A DNA stretch of 64,000 nucleotides from an uncultured Planctomycetia bacterium (GCA_964561605.1 CAZLQD010000010.1:173077-237076); one strand, 5' to 3'; counted from the first letter of the stretch, positions 26,849-37,570 are shown. The notes: generated by a model not told the origin, from the letters alone. A program made the numbers and translations.

Positions 26849-28323
26849 AGGCCCAGGTCCCTGGGCCCGGCGAAGGCCGGATAGAGGGCGGCCAGCCGGT
26901 AGTTCGCCAGGATCCGGTCCAGTTGCCTTCCCGAAGGATCCTTCTCCAGGAAGAAGGGAAGGTTCACCACGATCCAGGACTTCTTTCCGCTCTCCAGGAG
27001 GGCCTCCACCTTCCTGGAGATGTTCCACGATTCCAGGTCCTCCACGAAGCGGGGCATATCCCCCGTGAAGGAAGGGTAGGGGTTGAGGTAGTACTCCAGG
27101 GGAGTGGAGTTCGCCGCAGCGACCTTCTCGCCCTCTCCCAGGCGGTCCCGCACGAAACGGGCCGCCTCCCGCCAGCGGGGCCTCCAGCCGTATTCGTGGA
27201 AGGAATAGAGATAGAGCTGGCAGAGAAGGGGGACGACGAGAAGCCCGGCGGCCAGCAGGGAGGGAAGTGTCCGCCCCCCTTCGGCCCCCTTCCGCCCCTT
27301 CTCCCACAAGGCCCAGGCCCCCCAGGCCGAGAGCAGGCAGAAGAAGGGAAGGGTGTAGAAGAGGTACTGGGCCGTCACCCGAACCCAGAAACCTAGAACC
27401 GTAACCCCTACGGAGGGAACGGCGATGAGCAGGAGGAGGAGATCCGCCGCGTCGGGAGCCCGCCTTCGCAAGGGCCACCACGAGAGTAGGCTTCCCGCCA
27501 GGAGAGGGACCCCCACGTAGAAGGCCAGGGTGTGGGGAAGGTGGAGGAAGGGATTGGGCGCCTTGGCGGAACCGTAGAGTTCCAGGGAGGTCTTGAGGCC
27601 CTTCATCAGGGCCGCTCCCGCCAGGAGGGAGAAGACCAGGAAGAGGATCGCCCTCCTCCTGGCCCTCCTCCCCCCGGGGCCCCGCTTCACCAGGAGTTCC
27701 CTCACCATGTAGGCCGCAAGGCCGAGAAGGACGAAGGCAGCCGAAGGGTGGGAGAAGACGGCCAGGACCGCCGGGGGAAGGGCAAGGAAGACCCCCAGGT
27801 CCCCACGCTTCTTCTGGATGCCCCACCAGAAGACCCAGGCCGTGAGAAGCACCAGGAGGGCCACGAGGGTGTAGTAGCGGCAACTCTGGGACCAGAAGAC
27901 GTGCCAGGGTGAGACCAGGAGGAGGAAAGCGGCGAAGAGCCCAGGCCCCTTTCCCAGGAGGGCCCTCCCCGAGACGGCGAGCAAGGGGACGGAGAGGACG
28001 CCGAAGAGGGCCGCCAGGAGCCTGTAGGACCCTTCCCCCGAGCCGGGAAGGAAAGGAAGGAAGAGCTTCTCCAGCAAAGGAAAGAGGGGATAGTGGTTCT
28101 GCCGGAAGGAGAGCAGGTCTCCCCAGGACCGGCTGATCTCCCTCAAGGTGAAGACCTCGTCCTCCCAGAAGCTCCAGAGCTCGATCCGGAAAAGGCGGAT
28201 CCAAAGAGCCAGGAGGGCCAAACCCAGGAGCCACCACAGGAGTTTCCCCTTCTCCCCGGCCGCGGGGAGGCCCCGGAAGACCACTTGCTCCGGCTTGGAC
28301 TTGGATGCTTGCCGGCCCGTCAC
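26758..28323 (-). CDS. GT-C fold membrane glycosyltransferase, PMT_2/ArnT (GT39/83)-like
   Basis: At least 10 predicted TM helices by eye. First-loop motif SFWEDEVFTL (the DE motif of the PMT/ArnT type). Soluble C-terminal domain. GTG at 28323 overlaps the upstream stop (GTGA). Confidence 0.7.
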   Translation of the reverse strand: MTGRQASKSKPEQVVFRGLPAAGEKGKLLWWLLGLALLALWIRLFRIELWSFWEDEVFTLREISRSWGDLLSFRQNHYPLFPLLEKLFLPFLPGSGEGSYRLLAALFGVLSVPLLAVSGRALLGKGPGLFAAFLLLVSPWHVFWSQSCRYYTLVALLVLLTAWVFWWGIQKKRGDLGVFLALPPAVLAVFSHPSAAFVLLGLAAYMVRELLVKRGPGGRRARRRAILFLVFSLLAGAALMKGLKTSLELYGSAKAPNPFLHLPHTLAFYVGVPLLAGSLLSWWPLRRRAPDAADLLLLLIAVPSVGVTVLGFWVRVTAQYLFYTLPFFCLLSAWGAWALWEKGRKGAEGGRTLPSLLAAGLLVVPLLCQLYLYSFHEYGWRPRWREAARFVRDRLGEGEKVAAANSTPLEYYLNPYPSFTGDMPRFVEDLESWNISRKVEALLESGKKSWIVVNLPFFLEKDPSGRQLDRILANYRLAALYPAFAGPRDLGLYVFERLPSERGGSGGSSPGGGETSSSSSR

Positions 28324-30656
28324 TTCCTGGTTTTCTCCTGGTCGTTCCTGGTGCCCCGGGGAAGACGCCCCCCTTGTCTCCCCCCCTTTCCGCCGGGGTG
28401 GGAAGTTCCGCCAGAGGAAGAGTAACCTCTTCCGGCGCCCCCCGTCGAAGGAGAACCGAGCTCGGCCCAGGCGGGAAGGCTCCGGGCCAGGACACCCCTG
28501 GGATCGGAAAGACGGGCGAGACGCTCGAAATAGAAGAAGATCCGCCCTCCTCTGAGGGCTCTCCAGAGGAAGCCCAGGAGGGCCCCACCCTCCCGGTCCA
28601 GGGAGAGGGCCTTCTCCCCTGTGGCCCGGAAGACCCGGGTCAGGATCCGGGACGGGGTGAGGATCACCAGCCTGGAAGGCCCCTCCAACCCGGGGGGAAG
28701 GGGAAAGACCGGCCTGGAGGGATCCAGGACGAGACGGGCCGGCGGATCCCAGGAGAGCCTGGGCAGGGTGCCGAGCCAGGAAAGGGAGGTGACCAGGACA
28801 TCCCCTTTCACGGCCAGGACCAGGGGCACGGCCTCGCCCCACCGGTCCAGGCCGTAGAACCCCACCCTGTCCCCGCAGGCCCCGATCCAGACCTTCCGGC
28901 CCTCATCGGCCGGGTAGAGGGGACAGGTGAAGAGGGGCCCCCTTTCCGCCGGATCTCCCTCTTCCAGGAGGTCCCCCCGGCCGGGAGGGGCCCAGGCCAG
29001 GACCAGCCTGGTTCCCGGCCCGGCCCCTTCCAGGCGGACCCGGATGCCCGCCACGGCACGGAAGGGCCCGGGCGGGAGGGGAAGGCCGAGCCGGGTCCAC
29101 CCATCCTTTCCGGCCCTCACCTGGAGCCCCCCCTCCCGGACCGTCCCCAGGCCCTTGGGGATTCGGAGCCCTGCCAGGGGAATCGGGCCGCCTCCCGGGC
29201 CCCGGGTCTTCTGGTCGGTGAAGGCCCCAAGCCCGGGATCCCAGGCGAGCAACCCCAGGCAGAAACGTCCCGCCCCGTGGAGAGGTCCGGCGTCCAGGAG
29301 TGGAGGGAGGAGGGCGTCCTCCAGGACGAGCACCTCCCGGGCCTTCTCCGTGAAGGGCGGCCGGAAGGCAAGGAAGGCGCAGTCGTAACGGAAGGGGTGG
29401 ACTCCGCCGGGTCTCAGGGGGAGGTGGACCAGCCCCAGGGGACCGCCGCCGGGCCGGGCCGGGAAGGCCTCCACCGACCGGATGGCCCGCTCCGCCGTGG
29501 CCCAGGCCCCTTTCCAGTCCTGGAGCCGGAAGAGGAGCCCCGCCAGGGCGAGAGCGCACATCCCTCCCCCCGCAATCCAACGAAGGCTCCCCAAGGGCCA
29601 GAGATCGGCCTTCTTCCCGGGACGGCCCAGGAGGAGGGCCGTAAGGACCGCCGCTGGAAGAGCGGGAAAGAGGAGCACCCTGGAACCCGACCAGTCCGGG
29701 TAGACCGGGACCGGTGCTGCAGGGACCAGGGAGAGGAGCCACCAGAACAGGACCGCCGCGGCCGGAAGGACCCTTCGTCCCCGGGTGAGTCCCGCCAGGA
29801 GAGGAAGGACGACCCAGAAGAGGAGAGAGGCCCACCCCGGGATCCTCCCCGGCCCGGGGGGAAGGAAGGCGGCCCGGGCCTTTCCGGGAAGGGTGGAGAG
29901 GAATTCCGCAGGAAGGGAACCGGCCGCCATTCCCCCCGTGAGCCCTCCCAGGACCCGGGTCCGCCAGGACAGGACTCCGGCGAAGAGAAGGAGGTGCAGG
30001 ATCCAACCCGCCGGATGGAAGCCCCTTTCCCGGCGGGGCCGGAGGATCTCCACGAAGAACAGGCCCGCCGGGAGGGCCAGGGCCATCTCCTTTCCTGCGT
30101 AGGCCAGGGATGCGCAAAGGAGGGAGAGAGCCGTCCAGGCCGCCCGCTTCCTCCCTCCCGATTCGGCGGCCCGCAAGAAAGAGAAGAGGGCCAGGACGGC
30201 GGGAAGGGCGGGGGTGACGTCCACTCTCCCGGCGATCCAGGCCACTGCTTCCGCCCGGGCCGGATGTACCAGGTAGAGGAAGGCCCCCACCCAGGCGGCC
30301 CAAAGTCCCTCCTTCGGTAGGAGGCGTCTCAGGAGGGCGAAGAGGATGAGCCCCGCCGCCAGGTGGACCAGAAGGTTCGCCAGGTGGAGGGGGGGAGCGG
30401 AGATTCCGAAGAGGGAGAGATCCAGGCCGTAGTGGAGGGTCACCAGGGGCCTCCAGGCCGCCCCCCCCCGGATTCCCATCCAGGGATGGGTCCACTCCGA
30501 GAGGATCCGCCCCCAATCCACACTCCCCCGGGCGTCCAGGAGAAGGGGCAGGAGGAAGGAGTCGCTGAGGAAACCCAGGCCGATCACGGGAACCCAGGCC
30601 AGGAAGGCCGCCCCTCCGAGGAGGGCCAGGGCGGGAGCCGGCACGGCGCGCTTCAC
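28320..30656 (-). CDS. GT-C-like polytopic membrane protein (TMTC/PMT_2-like N-terminus) with a ~400-aa extracytoplasmic C-terminal domain
   Basis: N-terminal half is multi-TM, with PLHLANLLVHLAAGLILFALL and VHPARAEAVAWIAGR, motifs I associate with PMT_2/TMTC-type transferases. GTG at 30656 overlaps the upstream stop (GTGA); the track start at 30680 is the alternative. Confidence 0.6.
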   Translation of the reverse strand: MKRAVPAPALALLGGAAFLAWVPVIGLGFLSDSFLLPLLLDARGSVDWGRILSEWTHPWMGIRGGAAWRPLVTLHYGLDLSLFGISAPPLHLANLLVHLAAGLILFALLRRLLPKEGLWAAWVGAFLYLVHPARAEAVAWIAGRVDVTPALPAVLALFSFLRAAESGGRKRAAWTALSLLCASLAYAGKEMALALPAGLFFVEILRPRRERGFHPAGWILHLLLFAGVLSWRTRVLGGLTGGMAAGSLPAEFLSTLPGKARAAFLPPGPGRIPGWASLLFWVVLPLLAGLTRGRRVLPAAAVLFWWLLSLVPAAPVPVYPDWSGSRVLLFPALPAAVLTALLLGRPGKKADLWPLGSLRWIAGGGMCALALAGLLFRLQDWKGAWATAERAIRSVEAFPARPGGGPLGLVHLPLRPGGVHPFRYDCAFLAFRPPFTEKAREVLVLEDALLPPLLDAGPLHGAGRFCLGLLAWDPGLGAFTDQKTRGPGGGPIPLAGLRIPKGLGTVREGGLQVRAGKDGWTRLGLPLPPGPFRAVAGIRVRLEGAGPGTRLVLAWAPPGRGDLLEEGDPAERGPLFTCPLYPADEGRKVWIGACGDRVGFYGLDRWGEAVPLVLAVKGDVLVTSLSWLGTLPRLSWDPPARLVLDPSRPVFPLPPGLEGPSRLVILTPSRILTRVFRATGEKALSLDREGGALLGFLWRALRGGRIFFYFERLARLSDPRGVLARSLPAWAELGSPSTGGAGRGYSSSGGTSHPGGKGGRQGGRLPRGTRNDQEKTRK

Positions 30657-32203
30657 CGGTCCTCCTTCCTGGGGATCCATACGGCAGGCCGGAAGATCAC
30701 CCCCACCCTGGGATATCCCAGGTAGGGTGAGGGCCAGGGAATCCTCCTCCCCCGGGGGAGGTCATAGCCCTTCCGGATCCATGAGACCACCCTCCGGAAC
30801 CGGGGGTCGGCCTGGAGGAGGTCCCAGGAGGTCCGCCCCCGGAAGGCCGGGTCCAGTGTATTTTCGGAAAAGAGTATTCCCTGGAAGGCCCGCCCCTTCA
30901 AGGCTTCCTCCAGGGGCCCCGGCAGGCGGTCCCCTTCCATGAGTTCCCCCACCAGGTGGAGCAGGGGCAGGATCTCCCCGTCCGCCTTGAAGGTGATCCA
31001 CACGTTGTCGGGACACCAGGTCCGCTTTCCCTGCCTGCGGATCCAGGCGACGGCCTCCTCCTGGGCCTTCCGGTCCCCCGGAAGGGGGATCTCCCGGCCG
31101 TTCCGGAACCACCCGAAGGGCAGGAGGGGAACGAGCAGGAGGAGGACCGAAAGGGTCCCTGCCGGGAGGGAGAGGAAGGCCCCCCACCCTCCCGGAGCGG
31201 CCGCGGCCAGGGGAAGGGCCGTGGCGAAAAGGGGGATCCAGGCGTTGGTGAACCCTCCATGCTTGAGAAAGGCATAGGCGGCGAAAGGGAAACCCCAGAG
31301 GGTGAGAAAGGCCAGGGCCCTCCTCGCGGCGGCGCCGGGTCCCGAGACCCAACCGGCCTGGCCGGCGGCCAGGAGGGGAAGGAGGGGGAGGAGGGAGGCC
31401 CCCAGGGAGGCCCACTTGGCCTGGGACTCCACCGAGGGATGTCTTCCCAGGACGGAGAATGCGTAATACCAGAACCAGCCACCGCTCCAGGCCTGGAGGA
31501 GCAGGATCGATCCCGCCAGGGCGCCTCCCGCCCAGAGTCCCCACCGGAAGGCCCGGCGGAACCCCAAGGCGGCCCAGAGTACCAGGAAGAAGGCCGGCCC
31601 GTAGGCCAGGGCCGTCTGCTTGGCCAGGAAGGCCCCCACGAGGAGGAGGGCCGAGGCCGGGAGGGCCCGGCGCCCGCCCTTTCCGGAGAGGGCGGCCAGG
31701 AGGGCCCAGAGGGAGGCGCCGAAAAGGGCGGCGAAGAGCATGTCCACCCGCACCAGGTCGAACCAGTAGTCCACCGCCGGGGCAAGGCCAAGGAGAAGGA
31801 GCGGCGCCGCCCAGGACCTTCCCCGGGAGGCTCCCGCCGCCCGGGCGGTTCGCTCCAGGAAGAAGAGGAAGACCGCCGTGGCCGCCAGGGAGAAGGCCCG
31901 GCCCAGGGCCAACCCGGGAGGGAACACCTCGAGGAGGCACCCCAGGAGGACCGGGTGCAAAGGGGTGTAGAGGTGGGGAATGAAGAGGGATTTCCAGGGA
32001 TCGCTGTAGACCACCCCCTCCCGGGCGAAGCGGAGAGCCTCGAGAAAGGTGGAACCCTCGGACCACTCCAGCTGGAAGGGGTGGCTCCACCGGGCCAGGA
32101 AGGTCGCCCCCGCGTGGAGGGCCGCCCAGGAGAGCCCCCCCCAGACCAGGAGCCGGAGAAAGATCCTGCAGGCTCTCTTCCAGGGGAAACCTCGCTCGGA
32201 CAT
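30653..32203 (-). CDS. GT-C-like polytopic membrane protein (ArnT/PMT_2-like)
   Basis: ATG at 32203 preceded by gagagagggg. About 12 hydrophobic helices. Short soluble C-terminus. The family call rests on architecture and context only. Confidence 0.55.
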   Translation of the reverse strand: MSERGFPWKRACRIFLRLLVWGGLSWAALHAGATFLARWSHPFQLEWSEGSTFLEALRFAREGVVYSDPWKSLFIPHLYTPLHPVLLGCLLEVFPPGLALGRAFSLAATAVFLFFLERTARAAGASRGRSWAAPLLLLGLAPAVDYWFDLVRVDMLFAALFGASLWALLAALSGKGGRRALPASALLLVGAFLAKQTALAYGPAFFLVLWAALGFRRAFRWGLWAGGALAGSILLLQAWSGGWFWYYAFSVLGRHPSVESQAKWASLGASLLPLLPLLAAGQAGWVSGPGAAARRALAFLTLWGFPFAAYAFLKHGGFTNAWIPLFATALPLAAAAPGGWGAFLSLPAGTLSVLLLLVPLLPFGWFRNGREIPLPGDRKAQEEAVAWIRRQGKRTWCPDNVWITFKADGEILPLLHLVGELMEGDRLPGPLEEALKGRAFQGILFSENTLDPAFRGRTSWDLLQADPRFRRVVSWIRKGYDLPRGRRIPWPSPYLGYPRVGVIFRPAVWIPRKEDR

Positions 32204-32357
32204 CCGCACCCCTCTCTCGCCTCCCTCCCCGGGCCAAGGATAGGGCAGGGGCTCCCCCGTTCCAGGGCCCTTCCCGGCCTGCTCCCTACGGCCCCGTCCC
32301 CTCTCCTGGTATCCTCCTTCCCGCCGAGACCCTTGGAACCCGGAGGGAACCCTTCCA

Positions 32358-34979
32358 GTGTTCGACTCACTTCGAAGCGGGGCGGGCGGCCCCCGAAGCT
32401 GGATTCCCGGAGGATGGAAGGCCGCTTCAGTCTTCCTCTTCCTGGGTCTTCTGGCCATGGGGCCCGCCCTCTTTCCGGGAAAGGCCCTCCTTCCCTACGA
32501 CCCCAGGCTTCAACGGCCCTTCTCGGAGCTCCTGTCTCCCCGGGAGAGAAGGGCCCTCCTGGACGAAGCGGCCCCCACCTTCGGGGACCACCTCCTCCAG
32601 TTCCTTCCCTTCGACCGGTTCTCCGCTTCCCAGTTGAAGGCCGGAAGGCTCCCCCTGTGGAACCCCGAGCCCCTCTGCGGCGTGCCCCACGTGGCCGAAG
32701 GGACCAGCCAGGTCCTCTATCCCCCGCTCTGGCTCCAGGCCCTGGGTTCGCCCCTGAGGATCTCGGTCTTCCTGTTCCTGGCCCACCTCCTGGCCGGGTC
32801 CCTGGCCCTCTACGGCTGGCTCCTCCTCCTGGGCCTGGACCGCCGGGCGGCCCTGGCGGGTGGCGCTCTCTGGATGCTCTCGGGTTGGGCCTGGACCAAC
32901 GTCCACCACCAGATGGTCTTCTTCGCCGGCTCCTGGGTCTTCCTGGGGCTCTGGTCCCTGGAAGCCCGCTTCCTGGGGAGAGCCCCCATCCTCTCCCTGG
33001 CCGGACTGGCCGCCTCGGCGGCCCTGACCCTCCTGGCAGGGTTCCCCCAGGTCAGCCTCCTCGCCACGGGGGTCCTCTGGATCTACGCCCTCCTCCTGGC
33101 GGTCCTCCTGGGAAGGAGAGAAGGCTGGAAGAGATCGGCCGCCCGGTTCCTCCCTGCCCTGGGAGCCCTCCTTTCCGGACTCCTCCTGGCGGCGCCCCAT
33201 CTCCTGCCCACGGCCGAGCAGGCCCGCCTCTCCGCCCGGCCCGAAATCTCTCTCCAGGCCATGCGGGCCTACTCCCTGGCTCCCGCCCACCTCCTGGGCT
33301 TCCTCTTCCCCGAGCTCCTCGCCCCCTTGCGGGGCGTCCCCTACCCGAGCCTCTCGGAGATGCACCCCACTTATGCCCTCCTGGCCCTGGTCCACAGGCC
33401 GGCCCAGGTCCTGGGCTCCTTCAACGCCAAGGAGACCTGGCTCTACCTGGGGATCTTTCCCCTCCTTCTCGCCTTCGCCGCCCTGCCTCGCTGGCGGGAA
33501 CCCAGGGTTCTCCTCTTCCTTGCCATCCCCCTTCTTTCCCTGGCCACCCTCCTGGGGATCCCGGGCTTCCTGGAGGTCTTCTCCCGTCTTCCCGGGGCGG
33601 GCACGGGGGACCCCAAGCGCCTCCTCTACCTCTTGGCCGTATCGGGCGTGGTGGGGGCGGCCTTTGGGGCGGACCGGATCCTCAAGAGGGGGAGACCGGG
33701 GAAAGTCCTCCTCGCCGCGGCCTTCCTGGTCGGCGCCGCCGGAACGGCGGCCCTCCTCCTGGGCGTCCTCGCTCCGGCGGATGCGGTCCTCCGGTTCTGG
33801 CTGGAGAGGGTGGCCCCCCTCTTCGCGGATCAGCTCAGGCAGGTCGCCGGAAACCGTCCCTGGTGGGAGGTGATCGCCCAGCACAGAAGCGGCCTGGAGA
33901 AGGATTTCAACGTCTGGCTCACCCGCCTCTCCCTGGTTCGGTTCGGAATCGCCGCAATCCTGGCCTGCATCGCCCTCTGTTGGGCCCGCCTGGGCCGCAG
34001 GAGGGGCGGCCTCCTCCTGGGGCTTGCCCTGGGCCTGGCGGGAGGGCTCTGCGACCTCGGATACACGGCCAGACGGATTTCCAAGCCCGTCCCGGCCTCG
34101 AGCCTGGACCTGGCCTCTTCCTGGAAGGCCCTCTTCCCGGGAGTTCCCCTTCCCCCGCCCCAGGAGCCCCCTCCCCGGGTGCTCCGCCTGGAGGCATCTT
34201 CGAAGAGGACGAACAAGCCCTCCCTCCTGACGCCCAACCTCCCGGCCCTCCTGGGCCTGGCGGACGTCCAGGGTTACGTGCCCCTCATGTCCCGCCGGAC
34301 CCGGGACCTCTTCGCCGCCCTGGATCCCTCCCTGGACCTGGCGGGAGCGGGGGTCCACTCCCTCTCCAGGCCCGACCAGCTCCGGGCGCCCTTCCTGGTC
34401 GCCGCCCGGCCGGGGATCCTCCTTTCCGACGTCTCCCTGGAGGACCCGGGAAAGGCCGGTTGGATCCCTGCGGGAGTCTCTCCCGGGGGAACGCGGATCT
34501 ACCTGGCCGATTCCCCCCTTCCCTACGCCCTCACCCTCCCCCGCTGGAAGGTCGTTCCCGACCTCGAGCGCCGCCTGGAGCTCCTGGCCGGATCCGGCGG
34601 GCTGGACGCCCGGGAAGAGGCCCTGGTGGAGACCCAGCCCCCGCCGGGACAACGGGAGGGGAAGGCTCCCCGTCCGGCCCGGATCCTCCGCCGCCTCCCC
34701 GGCCGGGTCGAGCTCTCCGCCCAAGGTCCAGGCCTCCTCCTTGTATCCGAGACCTGGCATCCGGGCTGGCGGGCCCGGGTGGACGGGAAAGAGACCCGGC
34801 CCGTCCCGGCGGACCATGCCTTCCTCGGCATCTGGCTTCCCCCGGGAAGTCACAGGGTGAGCCTCCTCTTCCGCCCCGACAGCCTGAGAGTCGGCCTCTA
34901 CGGCGCCGGGGCCGGGGCCCTCCTCCTCCTGCTCCTCCTGGCCGGGGCCTGGTTGCGCCGGAGGAATTCGGCCCCATGA
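32358..34979 (+). CDS. YfhO-family membrane glycosyltransferase (GT-C), paralogue 1
   Basis: GDHLLQFLPF...GRLPLWNP in the first loop. Many TM helices. C-terminal ETWHPGWRARVDGKE...FLGIWLPPGSHRVSLLF plus a terminal TM, the YfhO hallmarks. GTG start preceded by ggaggg. Confidence 0.75.
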   Translation: MFDSLRSGAGGPRSWIPGGWKAASVFLFLGLLAMGPALFPGKALLPYDPRLQRPFSELLSPRERRALLDEAAPTFGDHLLQFLPFDRFSASQLKAGRLPLWNPEPLCGVPHVAEGTSQVLYPPLWLQALGSPLRISVFLFLAHLLAGSLALYGWLLLLGLDRRAALAGGALWMLSGWAWTNVHHQMVFFAGSWVFLGLWSLEARFLGRAPILSLAGLAASAALTLLAGFPQVSLLATGVLWIYALLLAVLLGRREGWKRSAARFLPALGALLSGLLLAAPHLLPTAEQARLSARPEISLQAMRAYSLAPAHLLGFLFPELLAPLRGVPYPSLSEMHPTYALLALVHRPAQVLGSFNAKETWLYLGIFPLLLAFAALPRWREPRVLLFLAIPLLSLATLLGIPGFLEVFSRLPGAGTGDPKRLLYLLAVSGVVGAAFGADRILKRGRPGKVLLAAAFLVGAAGTAALLLGVLAPADAVLRFWLERVAPLFADQLRQVAGNRPWWEVIAQHRSGLEKDFNVWLTRLSLVRFGIAAILACIALCWARLGRRRGGLLLGLALGLAGGLCDLGYTARRISKPVPASSLDLASSWKALFPGVPLPPPQEPPPRVLRLEASSKRTNKPSLLTPNLPALLGLADVQGYVPLMSRRTRDLFAALDPSLDLAGAGVHSLSRPDQLRAPFLVAARPGILLSDVSLEDPGKAGWIPAGVSPGGTRIYLADSPLPYALTLPRWKVVPDLERRLELLAGSGGLDAREEALVETQPPPGQREGKAPRPARILRRLPGRVELSAQGPGLLLVSETWHPGWRARVDGKETRPVPADHAFLGIWLPPGSHRVSLLFRPDSLRVGLYGAGAGALLLLLLLAGAWLRRRNSAP

Positions 34980-37570
34980 AACGGATCCTCCTGCACCCCC
35001 TCGGCGTCGTGCTCCTGGCGGCCCTGGTCCTCACCGGGCCGGCCATCTTCACGAACCGGGACTTCCAGCCTGTATACCTGGGCGCCTGGGCGCCCTGGAT
35101 CACCGAGGGGGATCCCGCCCCGGCACGGCTCGAGAACGAAAGGGCCGACCTGGACGCCCCGGAGAAGACCTTCCTGGCCCTGCCGGAGATCGTCTCGGCC
35201 CAAAAGGAGATCGCCCGGGGCCGGGTGCCCCTCTGGAATCCCTTCAACCGCACGGGAGGCCCCCTCCTCTCCCACTCCCTGGAAGGCCTCCTCTATCCGC
35301 CCCACTGGATCCTCTTCCTCCTTCCGCCGGGGAAGGCCTTCGCCCTCCTGGCCCTCTTCTCCTTCTTCCTGGCGGCCCTCTTCACCTGGCTCCTTCTCCG
35401 CCTCTGGAGTCTTCCGAAGACGGCCGCCCTGGGAGGAGCCCTCTTCTTCGCCTTCTCCTGCCAGGTGGCGGCCAACGCCCACTTCTTCATGCGCCAGGAC
35501 ACCCTTGTCCTCCTTCCGGGCCTGCTCTGGGCCTTCGAGGCCTGGAGGCTCGGCGGAAAGAAGCGCCACCTGGCCGCCCTGGCCCTCTTCCTGGCTGGAA
35601 CCTGGACGGCCGGATTTCCCCCCTTCGCCTACACCTCCACCCTCCTCCTCTCCGCCTGGGCCCTCCTGGCGGGGGTGAGGACCTGGAGAGAGTCGGGATC
35701 CCCCGCAGCCTTCCGCCTCCTTGGCTGGGCCGGCCTGGCGGGCCTGGCGGGCCTCCTCCTGGCGGCGCCCCAGCTCGTCCCGCTGGCCCACTATCTGCCC
35801 TGGTCCCAGCGGACCCTGGAGGCGGCCGGCGGGGATCCCCGCTCCTGGTGCGCCGACCCGGCGACGGCCCTCACCTGGATCGTGCCGGACCTCTTCGGCG
35901 CACCCTGGACGGTCCGGGACGTGCCCTACATCCAATCCCCCGCCACATGGCTCCTCTTCCTCTGGTCCAAGGAGGGCGTGGGCCTGGTCACGAAATACAA
36001 CTTCACCGAAAACGTTCTCTACATCGGCGCGGCGCCCTTCTTCCTCGCCCTCTGGGGACTCTCCCGTCCCTGGAAAGGAAAGAGGGGCCCTCTCCTGGCC
36101 CTCCTCCTGGGAATCCTCGTCCTGGCCTTCGGCCTGGACGGAGGCCTCCTCTCGGGGATCCTCCCGGGCCTGCGCCGGGCCTGCCCGGACAGGCTCATCC
36201 CGGGAGCGGTCCTCCTCCTCGCCCTCTTCGCCGCCCGGGGACTGGCCCTCCTCCTGGAAAGGGAATTTCCCCCGCGAAGGCTCATCCTCTCCGCCTGGGT
36301 CCTGGTCCTGGTCCTAGGAGGACTCCGGCTCCTCCTGGGAACCCTGGGAGAGGAAACCTGGTCCCGCTGGGTCCTGGACGTCCTGGCAGGCCGTTTCCGG
36401 GGACCCGGCGGGAGGATCTACACCCCGGCGGAGATCGAGTCCCTCTTCCTCCACAAACACATCCTGGAGGCTTCCCTCCGGAACCTGCGGAGCGCCCTGG
36501 GACACGGAGTGCTCGCCTGGGCGGCATTCCTCCTCCCTCTCTCCGTCATGGGGCTGTTGCTCCGCAGAGGAAAGACCCTGCCCCTCTTCTTCGCCCCCCT
36601 TCTCCTTCTCTCCATGGGCCTTCTCGACCTCCTTCAGCCCGCCCTCCGACTCTGTCCCTCTTTCCCCTCCCTGGACCCTTTCTCGGGAACGCCCCTCCAC
36701 AAGGTCCTCCGGTCCGAGAGGGCCAGGCTGGAAACCTCGGGAGGAGTGACCCTGGCCAGGGTGGGACCTGCCGGAACGGAACCGGACCTCTTCCCGGCGG
36801 ACCTGCCCACGGCCATGGGAATCCGGGACCTCCAGGTATACGCCTTCGTGGACAGGCGGACCCACCTGCCCATGGAGCGGGCCTGGAAGGCCCTCTCACC
36901 CGGAGGACCTTCCATCCTCTTCCGAAACGGGCCCTGGATCGGGAATCTTCCCGACTCCCCCCTCCTGGAACACCCCGTCCTGGACCTCTACGGCGTGACC
37001 CACCTCCTGGCCCGCAGGAAGCCCTCCCACGGGCACTTCCGGGAGATCCTGGAGAGGACGGGCCCCGGGGGATCCTACATCCTCCTGGAGAGGACCCCCC
37101 GTCCCCCCCGGGCCAGGGTGGTCTCCCGGGCGGTCCCCCTGGACGACGAGCTTGCCCTGAAACGTATCTCTTCGCCGACCTTCGATCCTTCGAAGGAGGC
37201 CTTTCTCCCCCCCGGCTCGAGGCCCCTGGAGGGAGGGGGGGGAGGAAAGATCCTCTTCCTGTCGGATCGGCCCGACAGGGTGCTCCTGGAGATCCGCCGC
37301 TCCGGGGGAGGGCTCCTCCTCCTGGCCGACACCTGGGCTCCGGGCTGGTCGGCCCGGGTGGACGGGAAGGAGGCGCCTCTCCTCAGGGCCGACACCTGTT
37401 TCCGGGGGGTGGCCCTCCCTCCGGGAGACCACCAGGTGGAATTCCTCCTCTCCAAGGCCCCTTTCAGGACGGGTCTCCTCCTCTTTGCGGCGGGAGGGTT
37501 CCTGCTGCTCCTCCTCCTGGCGGGGCCCTTCCTCCCGGGGGCGGCGGGGAAGAAGGGAGGAATGCCATGA
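34976..37570 (+). CDS. YfhO-family membrane glycosyltransferase (GT-C), paralogue 2
   Basis: Tail of the artefactual 2204-aa ORF. The ATG at 34976 overlaps the previous stop (ATGA). GRVPLWNPFNRTGGPL; C-terminal DTWAPGWSARVDGKEAPL...GVALPPGDHQVEF plus a terminal TM. Confidence 0.75.
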   Translation: MKRILLHPLGVVLLAALVLTGPAIFTNRDFQPVYLGAWAPWITEGDPAPARLENERADLDAPEKTFLALPEIVSAQKEIARGRVPLWNPFNRTGGPLLSHSLEGLLYPPHWILFLLPPGKAFALLALFSFFLAALFTWLLLRLWSLPKTAALGGALFFAFSCQVAANAHFFMRQDTLVLLPGLLWAFEAWRLGGKKRHLAALALFLAGTWTAGFPPFAYTSTLLLSAWALLAGVRTWRESGSPAAFRLLGWAGLAGLAGLLLAAPQLVPLAHYLPWSQRTLEAAGGDPRSWCADPATALTWIVPDLFGAPWTVRDVPYIQSPATWLLFLWSKEGVGLVTKYNFTENVLYIGAAPFFLALWGLSRPWKGKRGPLLALLLGILVLAFGLDGGLLSGILPGLRRACPDRLIPGAVLLLALFAARGLALLLEREFPPRRLILSAWVLVLVLGGLRLLLGTLGEETWSRWVLDVLAGRFRGPGGRIYTPAEIESLFLHKHILEASLRNLRSALGHGVLAWAAFLLPLSVMGLLLRRGKTLPLFFAPLLLLSMGLLDLLQPALRLCPSFPSLDPFSGTPLHKVLRSERARLETSGGVTLARVGPAGTEPDLFPADLPTAMGIRDLQVYAFVDRRTHLPMERAWKALSPGGPSILFRNGPWIGNLPDSPLLEHPVLDLYGVTHLLARRKPSHGHFREILERTGPGGSYILLERTPRPPRARVVSRAVPLDDELALKRISSPTFDPSKEAFLPPGSRPLEGGGGGKILFLSDRPDRVLLEIRRSGGGLLLLADTWAPGWSARVDGKEAPLLRADTCFRGVALPPGDHQVEFLLSKAPFRTGLLLFAAGGFLLLLLLAGPFLPGAAGKKGGMP

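Noticed and set aside
30956-37570. 2204-aa ORF, the longest in the track
   Set aside because: Its first ~1340 codons are antisense to the GT-C gene at 30653-32203 and an alternate frame of YfhO-1. They are almost pure P/G/R/E low complexity. Only the part from the ATG at 34976 (ATGA overlap with the upstream stop, followed by a hydrophobic N-terminus) looks like protein, namely YfhO paralogue 2.
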